Source: Eledone cirrhosa (Eukaryota). Taken from it: DNA of 64,000 nt. Both the position numbers and the translations under genes were made by a program. Below the pieces are notes generated by a model that made no database searches, was not told the origin of the DNA, and worked only from the letters and a program-made list of their open reading frames with translations. This document shows positions 56,631 to 64,000 of the stretch, piece after piece (within the stretch, counting starts at the first letter, position 1; each line of letters begins with the position of its first letter). The stretch lies in assembly GCA_964016885.1 (NCBI GenBank), contig OZ024743.1, forward strand, positions 123,194,001 through 123,258,000, written 5' to 3'.

Positions 56631-58447
56631 ATTTTTCTAATATTCTCACTTTAATTGCATGACTTTAAATTCTCACACATATTTCGTCATGCCACTAGCT
56701 GTTTACAATTTAGCCTCCTTGAAGGATGAAACGTGTGAATAAATCTTTTGCCTAAACCTGTCTTGTACCATTGTATTTTTTCTGCTCAGCCTTGTAACAT
56801 TATAAAGCGATATAGGTATCATCAACATTGAAACCTCACCTCAAGGCTGACTTTCACTGCTTTTTTAAACATAATCCTAAAAATCATTTTCCAATACAGG
56901 TATAGCTTTGACGCTATGTGTTTGGTATTCCATGTCTCGTTCACCAAAACGTATCCAAAATACAGATGCACATTTGGCAACGACAAACGGATGCTTCTGA
57001 CAGGACACACTGGAGGGAATGTTTGAAGACTCTGCCCACACGACCTGCTCAGGAATAATTGAACGAAGAAGTGTGTGTGTGCTTAGAGAGAGAGAAGAAG
57101 AAGAAGAAGAAGAAGAAGAAGAAGAAGAAGAAGAAGAAGAAGAAGAAGAAGAAGAAGAAGAAGAAGAAGAAGAAGAAGAAGAAAAACGTTCTTTAATTTA
57201 GCTACGAGGTCGAAGAAAAAGTAGATTAAATAGATCTCAAGTTATGTATTAAGCTAAATATGACTTCGGTGGGATATGACTAGGAAAGTAAAAGAACGTA
57301 ACTAAATAAGATCGGACATTTTATCTTATCTACCAGTCATTCTTTGAAGATAAAAATGCAAAGACCCTATAGAATTTTAGCATACAGACATATCACCAAC
57401 AAATGAAACAATGACAATTGTGTTTTGATAATTGACTTTACGATGCTGAATAACTATAATGTTGTGCCTAAGCAAGCAGAGAATCTTAGGATTTACTTGA
57501 CTTAGCAACTGAATTGACATTTTATGGCATGTAAAAAATGTCTCCAACTATCCATTTGTAATTGGTACAACATAAATAAATTATACACAATCGCTTCTGT
57601 AAGGATATCAACGCTAAATATAAATATAGACATAGACACGTTTAAGAAAAAAATGTCTGTAAATATAGCTACAACATTCTCTTAAAGAACATGTCTTCAA
57701 GGTGTACCTAATTCTTTGTGATATAAGGAATGAAACTATTGCACGGAAGAGAAAGTAAGATTTTGAGAAATATTTTGGTTGGTTTAATATATGTATGCAT
57801 TAAGTAAAGCATTCTCTGGGGAGAAATAGAATATAACATTTGGGAAGGCGTACATAATAATTTTCTGATAAAGGACTGAGCACAACCGGCAGCTTATGCT
57901 ATTGTTTTCAATACACAAAACACCTTACTCTATGGATTTCTCACTGAAGATACAACATCCGCCAAGTTATTATCTTAAATATATCCTAATATATATAAAA
58001 CGATAAGTCACATGCAACGCCTTTTTTTTAATTTTTTTTTTTTTACAGTTGTTGGTAGTTTCCCTCTTTCTATCAGGCTGGAAATAGTAAGTTGTAACTC
58101 TGCAGGGAGAGGTGAAAGAGAGAAAAATATTATATGGGGAGAAAATATAAAAGTTATGCATTAAATAGATAAATAGATAGTTGGGACGTTGAATGGGTAG
58201 GATTCAGCAGCTTGTGAGACAGGCGGTCATGCGAAGAGACAGCTAGATATAGAGTGGTAAGGAAAAAAGAGTGAGATAGGAACAGATAGCGAAACCTAGA
58301 TAAGACGGGAGGAATAAAAATAAAGCATTGTGACAAAGAGGAGAAATTAAAGAGGTGACATGACAAAATAACATGGTAAGTGACTGATATAAATAGAAAA
58401 GGTGGGGAGATAGAGGGCGAAACAGAGAGAAAGAAAGAAAGAAAGAT

Positions 58448-58482
<35 letters not shown>

Positions 58483-58879
58483 AGGAAGGAAGGAAGGAAT
58501 TGTGTGTATGATAGCAAAGCGGAGAAAAACACTGGAAAATGAAGAGAAGGCGTGGTGTCAGAATTTGAATGCGAAAATGAAAAAACTATAAATAGAGAGC
58601 GGGAGAGAGAAGAAATAACGACGTATGTGGGTGAATCAAGGAGAGTAATGATAGAAAAGGATTAGGGATAAAATGTATGAGAATACCTAAAAGTAAAAAG
58701 AGTGAAACAAGAAGTGTAACAAGTATGTATATGTGGAGCCATAATTCCTAATGGAGTCATAGTGGCATCGATTTGAGTGTATTAAACCTGGCAGAGTTTC
58801 CCTCTCCAGGTCTGAACACACTCAAATTATTCCAAAGAAGAGGAGGGATTGTCAGAAAATAAGAAATAGATATAGAAAT

Positions 58880-59030
58880 AGAATCGACTCCAGCACTGGA
58901 TAAGTTTTTTATCGACCTCGGAAAGATGAAAAACAAGTCTGATCTCGACGGGATTTGAACTAGAGCGGCACACTGAGTCGGAATAAATGTCGCGAAACAT
59001 TTGATCCGTGGTTTTAACGAGTCAGCCAAT
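58880..59030 (-). mobile_element. Degenerate tRNA-SINE
   Basis: tttatcgacctcggaaagatgaa...gggatttgaact. Confidence 0.65.
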
Positions 59031-60905
59031 TCATTGTCAAGTGAACAAAGAGGAGAAAGAAAGCATCAGAAATTACTGAAAAGAAATTTTTTACAGGTAC
59101 TATTCAAGTATATATATTTATATGTATGTGTATGTGCGCTTGTGTGTGCAGGTATGTATGGGCGTTTACTTGAGTATATGCAGGGTGGTATGGAATATTC
59201 ATATATGGAATAGAATTTTCTCAGTTTTGACAATGATGTGTTCAATCAACGGAACTCTTAACGTAAATCTCAGGTAGATTCAGTGTAACACTGTAGCAAG
59301 GCTTGTTTTTTTTATTGACAGGTACAGTTCCTCTGACGAGCTTACAAATAGTTTCCATCTACCCAATTTCACTCACGAAGTATAGTTCTACTCGTTGTTA
59401 TGGTAAATGACACTTGCCTCAAATGCTACTCAGTGGTTTAGAACCCAGGTCGCAATGATTCTAAAGCTCATTTCTTAACCATTCGGCCATGCTACATCCA
59501 CAACTTCTATATGCTGGTTTCTGAAGATCTAAGAGCATGATGTATCTTCAATTATTTCTTCATAATCTTCTATTTAAAGCTAGCATCGACTGTTAAAGGA
59601 ACATAAATTTGCAACTGCAGCTCTTTAATTTATAGTTCTAGGAAAACTATCTATATAGCTGACGAAAAGTTATTTTGCTCTTATCAAATAGACATTCATA
59701 GTTACAAATGTACAATAAGACGAACACAAAAACATACACACACACATGTTTGTGTATTTCAGAGTGAGTGTTGTAAATGGATATCAATATTTCTTTCAGA
59801 CATATTGCTATTTTGAGGCTATGTACAACTATTATGGACGTTCGAAAATCACCGTCGCTATCACCAGAATGTCCAATATTATAGTGGCGGTTATGTCCAC
59901 GACGTTTTTGTATTATCGTTAACCTCTTCTTTTTATATGCTATTGTAAGCAGTGTTATATTTGGTAGAATGGCATTAATGGAAAAGTTTTAATGTATTCC
60001 CAATGATGTTTCAGTATGTTACGGGTTCTGGTGTATTAGTAATGACTCCGCGGCTAGGCGTCTATTCTTTTGTAAGTGATCCTAAACACAATAGCGCTGC
60101 GTGTTTCTTGTGTGTTCTTTTGAGAAAAGCTGTATGTTCTTTTGAGAAAAGCTGTATGTTCTTTTAAATATTATATTGCAATACTTCCTTTTTGCCTACA
60201 GGAACGTATGGTGTAAGCATGATCTCTTTTCAATCTTATATTTAAAGCGATATATAACATTAGTCACATACATTTTGTTTTTAAATGCGCAATATATGTT
60301 TATAAGTGTGTTTTAACCTTAACGTTACAGAAATATAGGGGAATGTTTTTTTCTCTCTGTTTTATATATATTGTTTCATCATGGTTTTGCACATTGGTCT
60401 GAGGGACTGTTTTCAATGGTTTTAGTCAATTTTATCGACACCAATACTTTGTTCGCTTATTTTATCGGTCACTATAGATCATTGTATCACATTAAGTAAA
60501 ATACAAGAGTAAATATATTGGGAAAAATTCAAAAGATTTGTTTGTTAAGAATGTAGTTTTCACGAAACACATGCACACAAATATATACTTACACACCCTC
60601 AATACCAGGCAATGTAACCGAACCAGACAGAAATCACGTTTTTGTAAAACAAATCTCTTAATGTGACAATCGTGTATGTACCTAGTAGCTAACGACTCTT
60701 AAATCCCGCTATTAGAAACTACTTACAAACCTAGTTTAGAAACATTTATTCATCTGTGTTTCATTGCTTCTATCAAAACGTGGCGTATATTCTTTATCCA
60801 TTAACTATTATCATTTTAACAAGCTTTATTCTAATTGCTCCAATCGTTTTATTTTCGTACAGGGTAAAGTATTTTATACTTCTATATTTCGGGGAATAAA
60901 ACTGT

Positions 60906-61277
60906 AAATAATTGTTTCTACTTTTTGGCACAAGGCCAGCAATTATTCCAGTACATTACTGGTGCTTTATTTTATCGACCCCGTAAGGATGAAAGGCAAA
61001 GTTAACCTCGGCGGGAATTGAACTCAGATCGTAAAGGGACGTAACTATGCTGGAAAGCATAATCCAACCCTCTACCGATACTGCCAATTCAAAACTGTAA
61101 ATAATGAAACTATATCGTATATATTATATTTTGTATTAATTAGTTACGTCCCTTTACGATCTGAGTTCAAATCCCGCCGAGGTTGACTTTGCCTTTCATC
61201 CTTACGGGGTCGATAAAATAAAGTACCAGTAATGCACTGGGTAATTGCTGGCCTTGTGCCTAAGATAGAAACAATTA
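60906..61277. mobile_element. Two young SINE copies in inverted orientation (60906-61090 minus, 61141-61277 plus)
   Basis: Near-identical to 43270; first copy flanked by the TSD aaaactgtaaataat. Confidence 0.85.
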
Positions 61278-61584
61278 TATTTTGTATTAATATTTTAGAG
61301 AGAGAGGGAGAGAGGGGGGAGAGATAACGGGGAAACGAAAGCGAAAGAGAGGGACACAGATTGAGCGCAAGCTCCTAATCAGTTCGATTGCAGGTTGAAC
61401 ATTTTTTATTTTACCTTCCATCGATTACCATCAGTGGTCAATGGGTGAGTGTGAGTGGGCGATATCATCATCGCCTCTCGGTAGTTCCGTGGAAGTCAAT
61501 TATGCGACAATAACTCTTCCACGCCACTAAATCAGTGCACCACAACTCTGTGCAAAGACAATTCAGCGCCAATAAACCATCATG

Positions 61585-61619
<35 letters not shown>

Positions 61620-61859
61620 ATGTGTGTGTATGTGTGTGTGTGTGAGTGAGTGTGTATGCACGTATGTGTGTATGTATGTATGTATATATGTATATATATA
61701 TATATGTATGCATCTTCTCGAAAGTCTCGTTAGACAACGAAACATGACATTTAATTATATGTCCATTTTCTTTTCATATCTTTCTAAGCTTTTGAACTCC
61801 ATTTTATTGACAACACTGTTTGCGCCTTAAAAACTACCAAAACTAAATAAATTATCTCT

Positions 61860-62046
61860 ATGGAATGGGTTTTATCAACGAAAGAGTGAAATCACATTTT
61901 ATTAAATTGATTATGCTATCGTTTAAATAGGAAAAGATGAAAATGGGAAAGAGTATTGGCTTTGCACTGAAGACAAATGTAAAGGTCGCGTCCATGTTAA
62001 TGGAAGCTTATGGGGAAATGTCACGGAGCATAGCCATGTGCTGTAG
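61860..62046 (+). pseudogene. FLYWCH zinc-finger relic, probably from a MULE transposase
   Basis: MEWVLSTK..HILLN.LCYRL, frameshift, then GKEYWLCTEDKCKGRVHVNG...EHSH; contains stops. Confidence 0.6.
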
Positions 62047-62529
62047 CTGCTAGTATCCGCAATGAAGCAGATACGTTCAAGTATTAGTGAGAGGGCTGGT
62101 GCATCAAATTATGCCTGAAGAAACTAATTCAAAACTCTTTGCCAGACGAAGCAATGATTCTGCTTCCGAGAGTATAGTTCATTACAACGAACTACTCAAC
62201 ATGGTGAGCCAATTCAAGGACCTAATAATGTAAGTGATATTTTATTAACTGAACATTTACGTGTAACATATAACGGCGGAACGATTTTACCTTACGTTTC
62301 TGCTAATGGTAGCAATAGAATGCTTTTTTTGTTTGTGTTGTTTTTGCAATTTAAATATAGTGAATTCCTGGAATACTATAAATACTGATTTTCGGACAGT
62401 ACGTTTAAAGCAGTTCCACCTCTTTTTTATCAGTTTTATGTGAGTAATACGGCTATTGGTGGGTATTTTCAGTCATAACATATGAACGCACACACACATA
62501 GACACACACAAATACATGCACACCTACAT

Positions 62530-62567
<38 letters not shown>

Positions 62568-62693
62568 GTACAGACACAGACACACAAACATATGTATATA
62601 TACATAAATATGAAGTAAACATTACAATACAACGGGAGGAAACAATATTATCACTGACGATGTCACAGGTGTGTGACGAAAGAACTCTGAGAG

Positions 62694-62728
<35 letters not shown>

Positions 62729-62904
62729 ATATATATCTTTAACTGTTGGTGAATCAGTGATAAACATTGATTGCCAGCTAAGATAAGTATAGGTATATAA
62801 AATATACGGAAGTGAAAACCAACCCAAACCAAACATTGAGTGTGTTATTATATATTTCTGGCAATATTATAACAACATGACGCTCCCCAAATATACAACA
62901 CACT

Positions 62905-63048
<144 letters not shown>

Positions 63049-63338
63049 TATAGATGGAGAGAGAGAGATTAAAAGTGAAAACAAAAAAGCTATGGGTTAA
63101 TGCTTAATTAATCCATTGATTTACGATCGCTTCAATGGGTGAAATGAACATGATAATATTGATATATTGACTAATCGATTGCAGTTATTTAAAACCATAT
63201 TAATAGAAACGTCAGAACACATCCATATCACCGTTTATCATAAGCAATAATATCCAACAACATATAATAAATAACATTCTTCCACATTATATTGAGTTCT
63301 AACAGCATTATAAATCCTAACTTAATTAGATAATATTA

Positions 63339-63413
<75 letters not shown>

Positions 63414-63476
63414 AAAGTAACATTAAGAAAGATCGTGATGCTACATAAATATATATATATATAAACATATATGTAT

Positions 63477-63507
<31 letters not shown>

Positions 63508-63510
63508 CAC

Positions 63511-63558
<48 letters not shown>

Positions 63559-63874
63559 ATGTGTGTGTGTGTGTGTGTTGCAAAATAGAAAAATAAATCG
63601 TGTTGAAAACGCGCTAAATAATTTTTTATTTAAATTCGCAACTATACGAATGTTGCTTTCATCTTATTCAATGATTATGGAGTAAAATTCATAATCTAAC
63701 CATACTTACGAAATAAATATAGTCGGCGACATTTGCAATATGGTAATAGCCTTAGCATCCGTACTTGTCTATGAACAAAACGTGTATCAGGTGCTCATAA
63801 AAAATCATTTGATCCCCGTCCACCCTACAGAGAAAGCATATTTGTTAATCATGATCCGTTGATTTCGAATGTAT

Positions 63875-63937
<63 letters not shown>

Positions 63938-64000
63938 TAATAAAAGGAATTCCAACGTTGTCTGATTTACTCGTTTTATTTACAATCCTTTAAAATTATA

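Noticed and set aside
63110-63250. Relic of a cgatcg-type hammerhead
   Set aside because: Both core halves are mutated (GAAG, ATGATAA); too decayed to call.

Overview
AT-rich, microsatellite-saturated eukaryotic DNA; the SINE repertoire resembles that of octopus/coleoid cephalopods (inference). There is no convincing intact host gene, and nearly all listed ORFs are translations of (TA)n, (CA)n, (GA)n or (TATG)n tracts. The window holds a near full-length but decayed R4/Dong-type RLE retrotransposon (27811-31920), RTE and Tx1/L1 fragments, RTE-derived non-autonomous elements, tRNA-SINEs, a mariner-type MITE, a FLYWCH/MULE relic and a ~2.3-2.5 kb tandem duplication. The main hidden signal is in the short cassettes embedded in the (TA)n tracts: they carry type I hammerhead-ribozyme motifs at about 23 loci from roughly 15-18 families, read by eye. 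Many cassettes are fold-back palindromes that turn inside hammerhead stem II or start at the cleavage site, and several families use the compensatory U3:A8 core. This fits a diverse population of TA-associated Penelope-like (pLTR)/retrozyme elements. Ribozyme activity and all family assignments are untested.
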